Shown: positions 34,825 through 46,066 of the stretch, piece after piece
Layout of the letters: the number at the start of each line of letters is the position of its first letter
Numbering within the stretch: the first letter of the stretch is position 1
From: an uncultured Methanosarcinaceae archaeon
GTDB lineage: Archaea > Halobacteriota > Methanosarcinia > Methanosarcinales > Methanosarcinaceae
DNA length: 64,000 nt
Assembly (NCBI GenBank): GCA_963847185.1
Contig: CAWJYV010000010.1
Span: 732,151 to 796,150 of the forward strand
Direction: 5' to 3'
Position numbers and translations under genes: made by a program
The notes under the pieces: generated by a model
The model's input: the letters and a program-made list of their open reading frames with translations, nothing else
What the model was told of the DNA's origin: nothing
The model's database searches: none

Positions 34825-37280
34825 GCGCGGCGCGCTGGCTGGAACGCGTCGGCCGCATGGATCGAGCGGAGATCGTCTTCCGCGCGAAGGCCGCGGCGCG
34901 TCAGAAGACGGAGCTCATGACAACGGCGTGGCGGCCTTCGGGTTGGCGCAGAGAGTCGCTGGCCGCCCGCCTGGTGCCGTCGGCGGGGTCCATCGGGACG
35001 GCGCTCGAGCGGCTCGAGGCACGCGACTGGGGCGGCGCTCATCGTGCGCTGTCGGATCACTTCCATCGCCGCGTGTCGCGGTTCCTCATTTCTCCGCACG
35101 CGCTTCCCGACCTCGCAGACCACATCCGCCGCGGCTTTCCCCGGGCCGCCGGCGATGCCGCAGGGCGAGCGGATGGGCCGGTGGCAGGCTTCTTCGACCT
35201 GCTCGGCTACCAGGAACTCGATTTCCGCCGCCCCGATGGCGACATCCACTGGCAGCTGGACCCGGTGCACCAGCGCGCGGCCGCCGCCGGCTGGTGGTCG
35301 CGCATCGAGTATCTCGATCCTGGCAACGGCGATCACAAGATCATCTGGGAGCTGAATCGGCATCAGCACTTCCTCGCGCTGGGACGCGCGGCCTGGCTGA
35401 CGGGACGAACGGAGTACCGTGACACCTTCATCCGTCACCTCGAGAGCTGGCTGCGCGCCAACCCGCCGCTCACCGGGATCAACTGGGCGAGCATGCTGGA
35501 ACTGTCGTTCCGGTCTCTCTCCTGGCTGTGGGCCCTCCACCTCTTCGTCGAGGCGCCGCCCGCTCCGGGCGGGGCGAACCGCCGGCCCGGCGCCGGCGAA
35601 GCAGCCGTTCCTGATGCCTCACCCTGGCTCGTCGACCTGCTCCTCGCCCTCGACCGTCAGCTCTCGCACGTGTCCACGAACCTCTCGCGCTACTTCAGCC
35701 CGAACACACACCTCACGGGCGAAGCGCTCGGCCTGTACGTCTGCGGGAGGGCCCTGCCTGAACTCCGGTCGGCGACCGAGTGGGCCAACCTCGGTCGGGA
35801 CGTGCTGCTCGATCAGGCAAGCCGGCAGGTGGCGTCCGACGGGGGGCACGTCGAACGCTCGACGCACTACCACCGCTACACGCTGGATTTCTACCTCCTG
35901 GCACTCGCCATCGCGCGGGCAACGGACGACCCCTGCGCCGATCAGTTTGCCGGGACCCTCGACCGGCTCGCCTCCGCCACCCGAATGCTGTGCGACGTGA
36001 CGGGGCGCCTGCCGCACATCGGCGATGACGATGGCGGCACGCTGTTTCCGGTCTGCGGCCGAACGGCGGACGATGTTCGGGACAGCCTGGCGTCGGCCGC
36101 GGCACTCCTTGGCCGGCCGGAACTCGCGATCGACGACACTCCCGAGGAGACGGCCTGGCTCTTCGGCAACCAGCCCGCGTGGATTATCGAGGGACGACAG
36201 TCCAAGGCGGCCGGGAAGGCTCGCGCGGGGAGGTCCTACCGGGTGTGGCGATCCGGAAGCCTCGAGGACACCGGCTACTTCGTGTCGCGCCCGACTCCCG
36301 AGGACCACCTGGTTATCGACGGCGGACCGCATGGCTACCTGAATGGCGGCCACGCGCACGCGGATGCGTTGTCGCTCACCGCAACGCTCGGCGGCCTTGC
36401 CCTGTTGGTCGATCCCGGCACCGGTACGTACACGATGTCGGCAGAAATGCGCGACCGCTTCCGTTCGACGCGGATGCACAACACGCTGACGCTCGACGGC
36501 CGGCCGCAGTCGATGCCCGCGGGTCCGTTCCACTGGCAGTCCACCGCGAGCGCGCGGGTCGAACGATGGCTGACCGGGCGCGTCCTCGACTACTTCGAGG
36601 GGACGCACGACGGTTACCGGCCCGCCACCCATCGCCGGCGCGTCGTTGCCGTCCCGGACGGCCCGGTCCTCGTCGTGGACACTGTCTCCGGCGACGCCAG
36701 CCGGCACGCCGCCGAGGTGCATTGGCACTTCGACCCCGCCTGGTGCATCGATGTCGACGAGCGCGGCCTCCTCATGCTGCGTCACGCCCGGGGGGCGCAA
36801 GGGTGGATGGCGACCGCTGGCGCGCAGGTGGAACTCCTCACCGCCGACGCGAGTGGCGTCGGCTGGTGCTCGCCCGTCTATGGCCGTGTGGAACCCTCCA
36901 CCACCGTCCGTCTCGCGGCCGCCGCTGTTCCCCCTTTCACCGTGGTCACGCTGTTTGCGCTCGGCAGCCCGTCCGGCGCTCCGGTCCTCACGCGCCTGGC
37001 GCACGCCGGACCCGCCGCGGCCGTCGCCCTTCAGATCGAGTCGGCCGACCTCGCCGATGTCGTAATCCTGGGCACGCCGGGTGAACGGGTCGAGGCGGCC
37101 GGCATCGAGACCGACGCCCGGCTGCTCGGCCTTCGGCTGTCGCCTGGCGGCCGGGCCTCGTGCGTGGTCATGGTCGACGGCACGTTCGCCCGGCGGACCG
37201 ACGACGGGACGCCGCTGCTGGCGCCCGCCGCTATCGCGCCGGGCACTCGAAACTCGGGGCTCTTTGTATGTGCGGAATAG
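34821..37280 (+). CDS. Heparinase II/III-like (alginate-lyase-type) protein
   Basis: DHKIIWELNRHQH, GINWASMLE, YFSPNTHL, ERSTHYHRY, IGDDDGG, GHAHADALS, DPGTGTY, HNT. Confidence 0.88.
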   Translation: MSAARWLERVGRMDRAEIVFRAKAAARQKTELMTTAWRPSGWRRESLAARLVPSAGSIGTALERLEARDWGGAHRALSDHFHRRVSRFLISPHALPDLADHIRRGFPRAAGDAAGRADGPVAGFFDLLGYQELDFRRPDGDIHWQLDPVHQRAAAAGWWSRIEYLDPGNGDHKIIWELNRHQHFLALGRAAWLTGRTEYRDTFIRHLESWLRANPPLTGINWASMLELSFRSLSWLWALHLFVEAPPAPGGANRRPGAGEAAVPDASPWLVDLLLALDRQLSHVSTNLSRYFSPNTHLTGEALGLYVCGRALPELRSATEWANLGRDVLLDQASRQVASDGGHVERSTHYHRYTLDFYLLALAIARATDDPCADQFAGTLDRLASATRMLCDVTGRLPHIGDDDGGTLFPVCGRTADDVRDSLASAAALLGRPELAIDDTPEETAWLFGNQPAWIIEGRQSKAAGKARAGRSYRVWRSGSLEDTGYFVSRPTPEDHLVIDGGPHGYLNGGHAHADALSLTATLGGLALLVDPGTGTYTMSAEMRDRFRSTRMHNTLTLDGRPQSMPAGPFHWQSTASARVERWLTGRVLDYFEGTHDGYRPATHRRRVVAVPDGPVLVVDTVSGDASRHAAEVHWHFDPAWCIDVDERGLLMLRHARGAQGWMATAGAQVELLTADASGVGWCSPVYGRVEPSTTVRLAAAAVPPFTVVTLFALGSPSGAPVLTRLAHAGPAAAVALQIESADLADVVILGTPGERVEAAGIETDARLLGLRLSPGGRASCVVMVDGTFARRTDDGTPLLAPAAIAPGTRNSGLFVCAE

Positions 37281-39156
37281 CGGGATTCGTCGAGAGGCAG
37301 GCGTCACCATCGCAGCCGCGCGCCGCGCGGGTGCGCGAGATGTGCGACGCCATCCGCCATCGTGGCCCTGATGACAGCGGGTACTTCGTGGACGAGGTCG
37401 CCGCGCTGGGCATGCGGCGGCTCAGCATCATCGACCTGTCTACGGGCCATCAGCCGATGGCCAACGAGGACGAGACGCTCTGGGTCGTCTTCAACGGGGA
37501 GATCTACAACTACCGCCGCTGGGGCGCGAACTGCGAGCCCGGGGCCACCGGTTCCGCACCGCGAGCGACACCGAGGTGATCGTCCACGCGTGGGAGGAGT
37601 GGGGCCAGGCGGCGCTCGAACGCCTGCACGGCATGTTCGCGGTTGCGGTGTGGGATACACGGACGCGCACGCTCTGGCTGGCGCGCGACCGGCCCGGCAT
37701 CAAGCCGCTTCACTACGCCTCGGTCCGCGGCGGGATCCGCTTTGCCTCCGAGATCAAGTCGTTCCTGGTGGACCCGGAGTTGCCGCGCGACATCGATCTG
37801 CCCGCGCTCGATCATTACTGCTCGTTCCTCTACACGCCCGGGGATCGATCGATCTTCTCCGCGGTGAAGAAGTTGCCGCCCGGCCACGTGCTTCGCTGGA
37901 AGGACGGCGCCACGGTCGTCGAGCGCTACTGGCAGATCCCCGCGGGGGAGACGTTCCAGGGATCGGAAGAGGACGCGACGAAGGCGCTTCGGGCAGCGCT
38001 CACGGCGGCGGTCCGATCGCACATGATCAGTGACGTTCCCCTCGGCGCCTTTCTCTCGGGCGGAGTGGATTCGAGCGCCGTCGTCGCGCTGATGGCTGAA
38101 GCCTCGTCGGCCCCCGTTCGCACGTTCTCGATCGGCTTCGACGACGCGGCACACGACGAACTGCCGTTCGCCCGGGTGGTCGCCGAGCGCTACGGCACCG
38201 AGCACCACGAGTTCGTCGTGCGGCCGGATGCCCTGGCGATCCTCGATCCCCTGATTGCCCACTTCGACGAACCGTTCGGCGACTCCTCCGCGATTCCCAC
38301 CTGGTACGTCTCGGAGATCGCCCGGCGCCACGTCACGGTGGTCCTTTCCGGAGACGGGGGCGACGAGCTGTTCGGCGGCTACGAGCGCTACGTCCCGCAC
38401 CCGCGCGTGGCGGCCTTCGATCGCCTCCGGCTTCCGGGCAAGCAGCAGCTGGCCCGCCTGGCGGCGGACCGCTGGCCGCGCGGTGCCAGGGGCCGGAACT
38501 TCCTCCGCCACGTCGCACGAAACCCTGAGGCTCGGTATCTCGACGCTATCGGGTTCTTCCGGCCGGACGAGAAGGAGGAGTTGTATACCCGTGAACTGGC
38601 GGCGACGCTGGCGGGCGCCGACGCCGAAGCGACGGCGGCAGCGGCCTTCGAGAATGGCACCAGCTTGACCTGGCCGGCGCGGATGATGCGCTTCGATTTC
38701 GCGACCTATCTGCCGGAGGACGTGCTGACGAAGGTGGATCGCATGAGCATGGCGCACTCGATCGAGTCGCGCGTGCCGCTGCTCGACACCGCCGTCATCG
38801 AGCTTGCAGCCACGCTGCCGGCCTCGCTGAAGATGAAGGGCGGGCGCCAGAAGCACGTCCTGAAGGAAGCGGTGGCGGATCTCCTGCCGCCCCAGATCCT
38901 CGATCGCCCGAAGCACGGATTCGGCGTGCCGGTCGGCAACTGGTTCCGCGGCGGCGTCAGCGAGCTGTTCGCTGACACCCTGCTATCGGAGCGCGCGAGG
39001 AATCGCGGGCTCTTCGAGCCCCGCACCATCGAGCGGCTCGTGCGCGACCACGTCGAGCGAGGGCGCGACCATACGCTGCGGCTCTGGCTGCTCGTCGTCC
39101 TCGAGCTCTGGCAGCGGCAGTACGTGGACGAGCGCGTCACCGCGAACGCCGCGTGA
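37268..39156 (+). CDS. asnB: Asparagine synthase (glutamine-hydrolysing)-like amidotransferase 1 (indels ~37520-37560)
   Basis: MCGIAG, HRGPDD, FNGEIYN, FLSGGVDSS, LSGDGGDELFGGY, KVDRMSMAHSIESRVP. Confidence 0.9.
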
Positions 39157-39353
39157 ACCGGCGCGGATGTCGCTGTCGGGGCGAGGCTTCAGCCTTGCCG
39201 CGGATTCAGTGGGGCAAGGCTCCAGCCGCACACCTGGGCTCTCGAGTAGCCGTGGTTGAGCAACGGGCTTCCCACGCGACCGGGGCATGACCCGTCCCGG
39301 CGCGAAAGTTCTTCTCTTTCGCGGCAAAGCCTCGGCGGTACGTGGCCGGACCG

Positions 39354-39369
39354 TGGCACCTGCCTTGCT
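39354..39369 (+). promoter_or_regulatory. Internal sigma-54 (-24/-12) promoter
   Basis: TGGCAC-CTGCC-TTGCT, exact consensus spacing; 18 of 19 nt identical to the 14027-14045 site. Confidence 0.85.
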
Positions 39370-39381
39370 CAGTCCTCAGCC

Positions 39382-40530
39382 ATGGCCCCCGCGCCCCGCG
39401 TGCCCGTCGGCGTCTTCCTGACCAGCTTCTGGCCGGGGGGAACTGAGCGGCAGACGCTCGAACTCGTGCGCCGCCTCGACCGACAGCTGTTCTCGGTGCA
39501 CGTCGCCTGCTTTCATCGCGAGGGGACCTGGGCTCCGCTCGTGGAGCAGTTCGCCGACTCGGTCACCGAGTTCCCGATTTCCAGCTTCAAGTCCGGGAGC
39601 ATGTTGCGCGCGGGCGCGGCATTTCGAGCCTGGTGCCGCTCGCACGGCCTGGCCGTGCTGCACGCAGCCGACCTCTACGCCAATATCTTCGCGCTCCCAC
39701 TCGCCTTCAGCGCCGGCGTACCGGTCCGGATAGGCAGCCGCCGGGAGCTCAACCCGGACAAGACGCGAGGGCAGCTTGCCGCGCAGCGCTGCGCCTACGC
39801 CTTTGCCAACCGCATCGTGGCCAATTCGTCGGCGGCGGCCGCACGGCTCCGAACCGAGGGTGTGCGCGCGAGTCGCATCGCCCGCATCCCGAATGGGATC
39901 GACCTCGACACCTTCCATCCGCCCGCGCGGGACGCCAGCCTGTACCGCCTGATCACCGTGGCACGGTTGCGGCCGGAGAAGGGTCACCACGCGCTCGTCC
40001 AGGCGTTTGCCACTGTGGCGCGCTCGTTCCCCGCAGCCACCTTGACGATCGTAGGCGACGGGCCGCTGGGCGACGAGCTTGCGGCACGCGTGAAAGGACT
40101 CGGGCTGGAGGCGCGCGTGCGGCTGGCGGGCCATCGCGACGACGTTGCCGAGATGCTCCGCGAGCATGGTCTCTTCGTTCTGCCGTCGCGATCGGAGGCG
40201 TTTCCCAACTCGGTCATCGAGGCGATGGCCACGGGCCTGCCCATCGTCGCGTCGGCGGTCGGCGGGATCCCCGAACTGATCGAACACGGCCGGAACGGGA
40301 TCCTGGTGGCGCCGGGCGACGCCGCCGATCTGACGCGCGCGATGACGGACCTCCTGCTGCGACCCTCGTTCGCCCGCGCCCTCGGGCGCAAGGCCAGGAC
40401 CGACGTCACCGCGCGGTACTCGTTCGACCGCATGGTGCACGAGTTCGAATCCCTCTATCTGCGCGAGATGGCAGATCGGCACGTCCGGGCGCACGCGCCC
40501 GCGCACTCCCGGCGGCCGGTCACCTCGTAG
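39382..40530 (+). CDS. Glycosyltransferase family 4
   Basis: GGTERQ, IPNGID, VARLRPEKGH, SEAFPNSVIEAMATG; ATG 39382 chosen because the promoter lies just upstream. Confidence 0.9.
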   Translation: MAPAPRVPVGVFLTSFWPGGTERQTLELVRRLDRQLFSVHVACFHREGTWAPLVEQFADSVTEFPISSFKSGSMLRAGAAFRAWCRSHGLAVLHAADLYANIFALPLAFSAGVPVRIGSRRELNPDKTRGQLAAQRCAYAFANRIVANSSAAAARLRTEGVRASRIARIPNGIDLDTFHPPARDASLYRLITVARLRPEKGHHALVQAFATVARSFPAATLTIVGDGPLGDELAARVKGLGLEARVRLAGHRDDVAEMLREHGLFVLPSRSEAFPNSVIEAMATGLPIVASAVGGIPELIEHGRNGILVAPGDAADLTRAMTDLLLRPSFARALGRKARTDVTARYSFDRMVHEFESLYLREMADRHVRAHAPAHSRRPVTS

Positions 40531-40545
40531 CCTGGTGTACATCGC

Positions 40546-42453
40546 ATGTGCGGAATCGCAGGAACCCTTCTGTTCGATCAGGGCGCTCGCGTCGACCCGC
40601 GGGCGCTCCGCGCGATGACCGACGTGCTGTCCCATCGCGGGCCGGACGCGGACGGCTTTCACGTGGACGGCCGCCTGGGCCTCGGCCACCGGCGTCTCAG
40701 CATCATCGACCTGCAGACAGGCGACCAGCCGCTGTCGAACGAAGACGGAACGGTCTGGGTGGTGTTCAACGGGGAGATCTACAACTTCAAGGACATTCGC
40801 GCCGAGCTGCAGCGTGCCGGGCACACCTTCAAGACCGGCACGGACACCGAGGTCATCGTCCACGGCTACGAGGAGTGGGGAGAGGCCGTCGTCGAGCGCT
40901 TCCGCGGCATGTTCGCGTTTGCGGTGTGGGACAGCCGGGCGCAGCGAATGCTCCTCGCGCGCGACCGACTCGGCATCAAGCCGCTCTATTACTCCACTCT
41001 CGGCGGCCGTGGCCTGGTGTTCGGCTCGGAGATCAAGGCCGTCCTCGAGCACCCCGGGGTCTCGCGGGAATGGAGCGCCGAGGCGCTCGATGCCTACCTT
41101 GCCCTGCAGTACGTCCCGACGCCGCACACCATCTTCCGCGACGTCGAGAAACTGCCGCCGGCCCACCGGATGGTCGTCGAGGGCGGCCGCGTGCGGATCG
41201 AACGCTACTGGACGCTGACGTTCACCGGCGATGGCGACTCGATGCGGGAGAGCGAGTACCTGGCGCGGCTCGACCAGCTGCTGCACGAAGCCGTGCGCAT
41301 GCGCCTGATCAGCGACGTCCCGCTCGGCGCGTTCCTGTCTGGCGGCGTCGACTCGAGCGCGGTGGTCGCGGCCATGGTGAAGGTCTCCGACGCCCCGGTG
41401 TTGACGACGTCGGTCGGGTTCCGTGAGGAGAGGTTCGACGAGGTCGGCTTCGCCGCGCGCGTTGCGCAGCATCTCGGGTGCGCGCACTACGCGCGCACCG
41501 TGACGCCGGACATCGTGGACCTCCTGCCGAAGCTCGCCTGGCACCTGGACGAGCCGTTCGCGGACGCGTCCGCCGTGCCGACCTATTACGTGTCGGCCGT
41601 CGCGCGGGAGAAGGTGACGGTGGCACTCTCGGGCGACGGCGGCGACGAACTCTGGGCCGGCTACGCCCGCCACCGCGTCGAACGCCTCGAGAGCCAGGCG
41701 CGCCGCTGGCTGGGGAGCGCTGGCGCCGAAGCGGCGGCGCGCGTGGGCCGCCTGCTCCCGCTGTCCATGAAGGGGGCGCGGTCCCTCCGCCACCTCGGCC
41801 TGCCGCCCGCCGAGGCGTGCGCCCAGAAGCACGTCTACGGTCTCTTCGAGCACGGGGTGCGCGATCGGCTCTACTCGCCGGAGTTCGGGGCCGCCGTCCG
41901 CGATCACGATCCGCTCGCCGGGTTCCGTGAGGTCTACGCCGACTGCTCGTCTCCGGACCCGGTGGACCGGGCGCTCTTTGTTGACGTGCGGACGTACCTG
42001 CTCGACGACATTCTGACGAAGGTCGACAAGATGAGCATGGCCGTGTCGCTCGAGACGCGCGTGCCACTGCTCGACCACAAGCTCGTCGAGTTCGCCGCCT
42101 CCGTGCCGGTCGGCCTGAAGCTGCACGCGGGCCGCACCAAACACCTGCTCCGCAAGTTCCTCGAGGGGCGGATCCCCCACGACATCCTCGCGCGGCCGAA
42201 GCACGGGTTCGAGGCCCCGACCGGCGAATGGCTGCGCGGGCCGCTCGCGCCGATGGCGGGCGACCTGCTGCTTGGCCCGACAGCGCGTTCGCGCGGCATC
42301 TTCTCGCCCGCGGCGGTCGGGCGCATCTGGTCCGAGCACCAGTCGGGACGGAGAGACCATCGCCACCGGCTGTGGTCCCTGCTGATGCTCGAGTTGTGGT
42401 TCCGGCAGTTCGTGGATCGATCGGCGGCGGTCCCGCACGCGGCGACAGCGTAG
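40546..42453 (+). CDS. asnB: Asparagine synthase-like amidotransferase 2
   Basis: MCGIAG, HRGPD, LSGGVDSS, SGDGGDE, KVDKMSMAVSLETRVP. Confidence 0.93.
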   Translation: MCGIAGTLLFDQGARVDPRALRAMTDVLSHRGPDADGFHVDGRLGLGHRRLSIIDLQTGDQPLSNEDGTVWVVFNGEIYNFKDIRAELQRAGHTFKTGTDTEVIVHGYEEWGEAVVERFRGMFAFAVWDSRAQRMLLARDRLGIKPLYYSTLGGRGLVFGSEIKAVLEHPGVSREWSAEALDAYLALQYVPTPHTIFRDVEKLPPAHRMVVEGGRVRIERYWTLTFTGDGDSMRESEYLARLDQLLHEAVRMRLISDVPLGAFLSGGVDSSAVVAAMVKVSDAPVLTTSVGFREERFDEVGFAARVAQHLGCAHYARTVTPDIVDLLPKLAWHLDEPFADASAVPTYYVSAVAREKVTVALSGDGGDELWAGYARHRVERLESQARRWLGSAGAEAAARVGRLLPLSMKGARSLRHLGLPPAEACAQKHVYGLFEHGVRDRLYSPEFGAAVRDHDPLAGFREVYADCSSPDPVDRALFVDVRTYLLDDILTKVDKMSMAVSLETRVPLLDHKLVEFAASVPVGLKLHAGRTKHLLRKFLEGRIPHDILARPKHGFEAPTGEWLRGPLAPMAGDLLLGPTARSRGIFSPAAVGRIWSEHQSGRRDHRHRLWSLLMLELWFRQFVDRSAAVPHAATA

Positions 42454-42472
42454 GGTCGGCGGTAGCGACTGG

Positions 42473-42572
42473 AATGAAGAGAGACACGGAGGCGACCGGT
42501 AAGACCCGTCGAGCGGGTCGCTCGGGTGCTTCTAGCCTCAACGGCTCTGTGCCTCTGAGCCTCTCTTCCTAA
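42473..42572. repeat. Short element with imperfect terminal inverted repeats (MITE/REP-like), copy 1
   Basis: Begins AATGAAGAGAGACACGGAG and ends CTCTGTGCCTCTGAGCCTCTCTTCCTAA; ends match copy 2. Confidence 0.65.
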
Positions 42573-42596
42573 TCGACAGAAGCGGAGAACACGATC

Positions 42597-44568
42597 GTGT
42601 GCGGTATCGCAGGAATCGTCGGGTCGCGGCGGCTGGCGCCAGAGGACGCAGAACGCGCGCGGCGCATGGGCGCGGTGCTGAGCCACCGCGGGCCGGATGA
42701 GAGCGGTTTTCACCTGGACGACCAGGCGGCCCTGGCCCACCGGCGCCTCAGCATCGTCGACCTGGCCACGGGCCAGCAGCCGATGTGCAACGAGGACCGG
42801 AGCCTCTGGATCTCGTACAACGGCGAGATCTACAACCACGCCGACATCCGGCCGACGCTCGAGGCTGCGGGTCACCGCTACCGCACCAAGTCGGACACCG
42901 AGACGATCGTGCACGCTTACGAGCAATGGGGCGCGGACTGCGTCCATCGCTTCCGCGGCATGTTCGCGTTCGCGATTTGGGATGCGAGGCGCGAGCGGCT
43001 GCTCCTCGCACGCGATCGCCTCGGCATCAAGCCCCTGTACCTGGGCGCGTGTGGGCGACCGCCTGCTGTTCGCCTCTGAGATCAAGGCGATCCTCGAATC
43101 CGGGCTCGTCCAAGCGCGGGCGAACGAGGAACGGCTGCCCGAGCTGCTATCGACCCGGTACATCTCGGGCCCGGAGACCCTCTTCGCCGGCATCCACAAG
43201 CTTCTGCCGGGTCACACGCTCTGCTTCGATCACGGGCAAGTGACGATTTCGCGTTACTGGGACGTCCCGGTCCAGTCGCCGACGCATGCCGTCGCGAGCC
43301 GCCAGTCGCATGCGGACGTCGTCCGGCGGTTCCGTGAGCTCCTGGAAGAATCGGTCACGCTCCGGCTGATGAGCGACGTGCCCCTCGGCGTCTTTCTTTC
43401 CGGCGGGATCGACTCGAGCGTCATCGCCGCGCTCATGGCGCGCCACGTCGGCAGGCCGATCGCGACCTTCTCGGTGGCATTCGACGAGCGGGCCTTCAGC
43501 GAGCTCGAGTACTCCCGCCAGGTGGCGGACGCTCTCGGAGCGGTGCGTCACGAAGTGGTGATCGACGAGGAGGACTTCTTCGGCGAGCTTCCGCGGCTCG
43601 TTTGGCACGAAGACGAGCCGATTGCCCACCCCTCCTCGATACCTCTCTACTTCGTATCGCGCCTGGCGCGCGAGCACGTCACCGTCGTGCTCACCGGCGA
43701 AGGCAGCGACGAACTGCTCGCCGGGTACGGCAAGTACCCGCGCGCGCTCTGGAACTGGCGCTTGGGCGAAGCCTGGTCGCGTCTGGTGCCCGGTGCCGTT
43801 CGCTCAAGTGTCGCCGGCGGCCTCGTACCGCACTTGCCGGCGCGCCTGCATCGCTACGCCCGGCGGTCGTTCCTGACCGTCGAGCACACGCCGGAGGCGA
43901 CCTTCTTCGACAACTTCGCCGCGGTGCCTCTGGCCGCGCAGCGGCAGCTCCTGGCCGGCCGACTGGCAACACTCGCGCGCCCCGACTCGGCCTACGGGGC
44001 TTCGCTCGAATCGTTCGACCGGTCCGCAGGGGCCCGCTCGCTCCTCGATCGCGTGCTGTACACGGACATCAAAACGTATCTCGTCGAACTCCTGATGAAG
44101 CAGGACCAGATGAGCATGGCCGCGTCGATCGAGAGTCGTGTGCCGTTCCTCGACCACGTCCTCGTCGAGTTCGCCGCTCAACTGCCCCCACGCTTCAAGC
44201 TTTCGGGCTTCACGACCAAGCGGATCCTGCGCGAAGCGGCTCGGGACCTCCTGCCGGAGAACATCCTCTCGCGTCCGAAGATGGGGTTCCCTGTGCCGTT
44301 CGCGCGTTGGGCGCGCGAGGGATGGCAGGAGGTGCTGCGCGACGTCCTCCTCGATCGCCGGAGCCGCGAGCGCGGCCTCCTCGATGGCCCGGCGGTGGCC
44401 GCCCTGATCGACGACCACGTGGCGGGCCGGGCACAGGGCGGCGACATCCTCTGGAGCCTGCTGAACCTGGAGTTGTGGTACCGGACCTTCATCGATGGAG
44501 AGGGTGTACAGGTGCTGCCGCGGCCGCGCCTGACGGAACCCGGCCGCGCCGATGCCGCGGCTGCGTAG
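42597..44568 (+). CDS. asnB: Asparagine synthase-like amidotransferase 3 (indel ~43045)
   Basis: GTG-CGIAG, HRGPDE, YNGEIYN, LSGGIDSS, LTGEGSDE, KQDQMSMAASIESRVP. Confidence 0.9.
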
Positions 44569-44572
44569 GAGT

Positions 44573-44818
44573 AATGAAGAGAGACACAGAGACACGGAGA
44601 ACGGTTGTCCAGCTTCAGCCCTTCGTGTGCGCCATGGGCGCAGGGCGGCCGGGCAAGCGTGGCGCGCGAGCAAGCTGCGGGCGAACACGGCTTGTTCGCG
44701 CGACACGGTGGCCCCGACCGCCCCGTCGGTCGGCAACGCCGACCGACCGAAGGGCTGTGATTGCCGTGACGCGGCACGTCGCACTTGGTCCTCTGTGCCT
44801 CCGTGCCTCTCTTCCTAA
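44573..44818. repeat. Short element with imperfect terminal inverted repeats (MITE/REP-like), copy 2
   Basis: Left GAAGAGAGACACAGAGACACGGAG versus reverse complement of the right end GAAGAGAGGCACGGAGGCACAGAG: 20 of 24 match, all mismatches A/G. Confidence 0.7.
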
Positions 44819-44836
44819 CGGGCTGGGTAACTTCTG

Positions 44837-46066
44837 ATGCGAATCCTCTGGTTGAACGCGGGGCTGCTGCTGCCGCTGGACAAGGGCGGCAAGCTGCGGA
44901 GCTGGCACCTGTTACGGCATCTCGCCGCGCGGCACACGGTCACGTACCTCGGCTTCTCGGATCCCTCCACGGCGCCGCGTGATCTGCACGGCATGCTCGA
45001 AGCGTGCGACGACCTCCAGACAGTCGAACGCCGCGACGTCGCGAAGGGCACGCCTGCCTTCTATGCCGACGCGGCGCGCCACCTCGCGAGTCCTCTCCCC
45101 TACGCGGTCGCCAAGTATCGGTCCGACGAGTACCGCGCGCGGATCGAGACCCTGCTCTCGGGCGGGCGCTACGACGCTCTCATCTGCGATTTTCTCGTGC
45201 CGGCCGTGAACATGCCCGGGCCCATCCCGTGCCCGACGGTGCTCTTCACCCACAACGTTGAAGCCGAGATCTGGCGGCGGCACGCCGAGACGGCGCGCGG
45301 CCCGTGGCGGCGCGCGCTGCTGCGCGCGCAGTGGCGCCGCATGCTCTCCTTCGAAGAGCGAACGCTTGCTCGCTTCGACGCGGTCCTTGCCGTCTCGGAC
45401 GCGGACCGCGAGACCTTCATGCGCCTCTACGGCGGCTCCGCCCGCGCGCCGATTCACGTGATCCCGACGGGCGTGGACACCCAGTACTTCGCCCCGTCGG
45501 CTGCCGTGCAGCCGGATCCCTTCCGCCTCGTCTTCACGGGCTCGATGGACTGGCTGCCGAACGAGGATGCCGCCCTCTACTTCTGCAGCGAGGTGCTCCC
45601 CCGCCTTCGGCAGTTGGAGCCTCGCGTCTCGGTCTCCATCGTCGGCCGCAACCCGACCCCGGCCGTGCGGCGCCTCGCGGAGCAGGACCCGGCCGTCGAA
45701 GTGACGGGCCGCGTGGAGGACGTCCGGCCGCACGTCGCCCGGGCGGCGCTGTCGGTCGTGCCGCTCCGCATCGGCGGCGGCACGCGTCTCAAGATTTACG
45801 AATCGATGGCGATGGGCCGCGCGGTCGTTTCCACGACCGTCGGCGCGGAAGGCCTCCCGCTGACGCCGGGCGTCCACATCGGCATCGCGGACAGTCCCGT
45901 CGACTTCGCGGCGGAAGTGCTGCGGTTGTTGCGCGATCAGGGCGCGCGCCGCTCTTTGGAGGACGCCGGCCTTCGACTCGTTCGCGAACGGTACGACTGG
46001 AGTGCCGTGTCGACGGTCTTCGAACGCGCCATCGGCGGCGCGGATTCATTTGCGAGGGCATCATGA
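44837..46066 (+). CDS. Glycosyltransferase family 4 (PEP-CTERM-locus type)
   Basis: PLDKGGKLRS, HNVEAEIW, FTGSMDWLPNEDA, VPLRIGGGTRLKIYESMAMG. Confidence 0.9.
   Translation: MRILWLNAGLLLPLDKGGKLRSWHLLRHLAARHTVTYLGFSDPSTAPRDLHGMLEACDDLQTVERRDVAKGTPAFYADAARHLASPLPYAVAKYRSDEYRARIETLLSGGRYDALICDFLVPAVNMPGPIPCPTVLFTHNVEAEIWRRHAETARGPWRRALLRAQWRRMLSFEERTLARFDAVLAVSDADRETFMRLYGGSARAPIHVIPTGVDTQYFAPSAAVQPDPFRLVFTGSMDWLPNEDAALYFCSEVLPRLRQLEPRVSVSIVGRNPTPAVRRLAEQDPAVEVTGRVEDVRPHVARAALSVVPLRIGGGTRLKIYESMAMGRAVVSTTVGAEGLPLTPGVHIGIADSPVDFAAEVLRLLRDQGARRSLEDAGLRLVRERYDWSAVSTVFERAIGGADSFARAS

Noticed and set aside
39376-42438. 1020-aa minus-strand ORF and many other long overlapping ORFs (e.g. 11478-13211, 17934-19586, 35619-37310, 56637-58496)
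   Set aside because: Shadow frames of well-supported genes in high-GC DNA; Arg/Pro/Ala-rich with no recognisable motifs.
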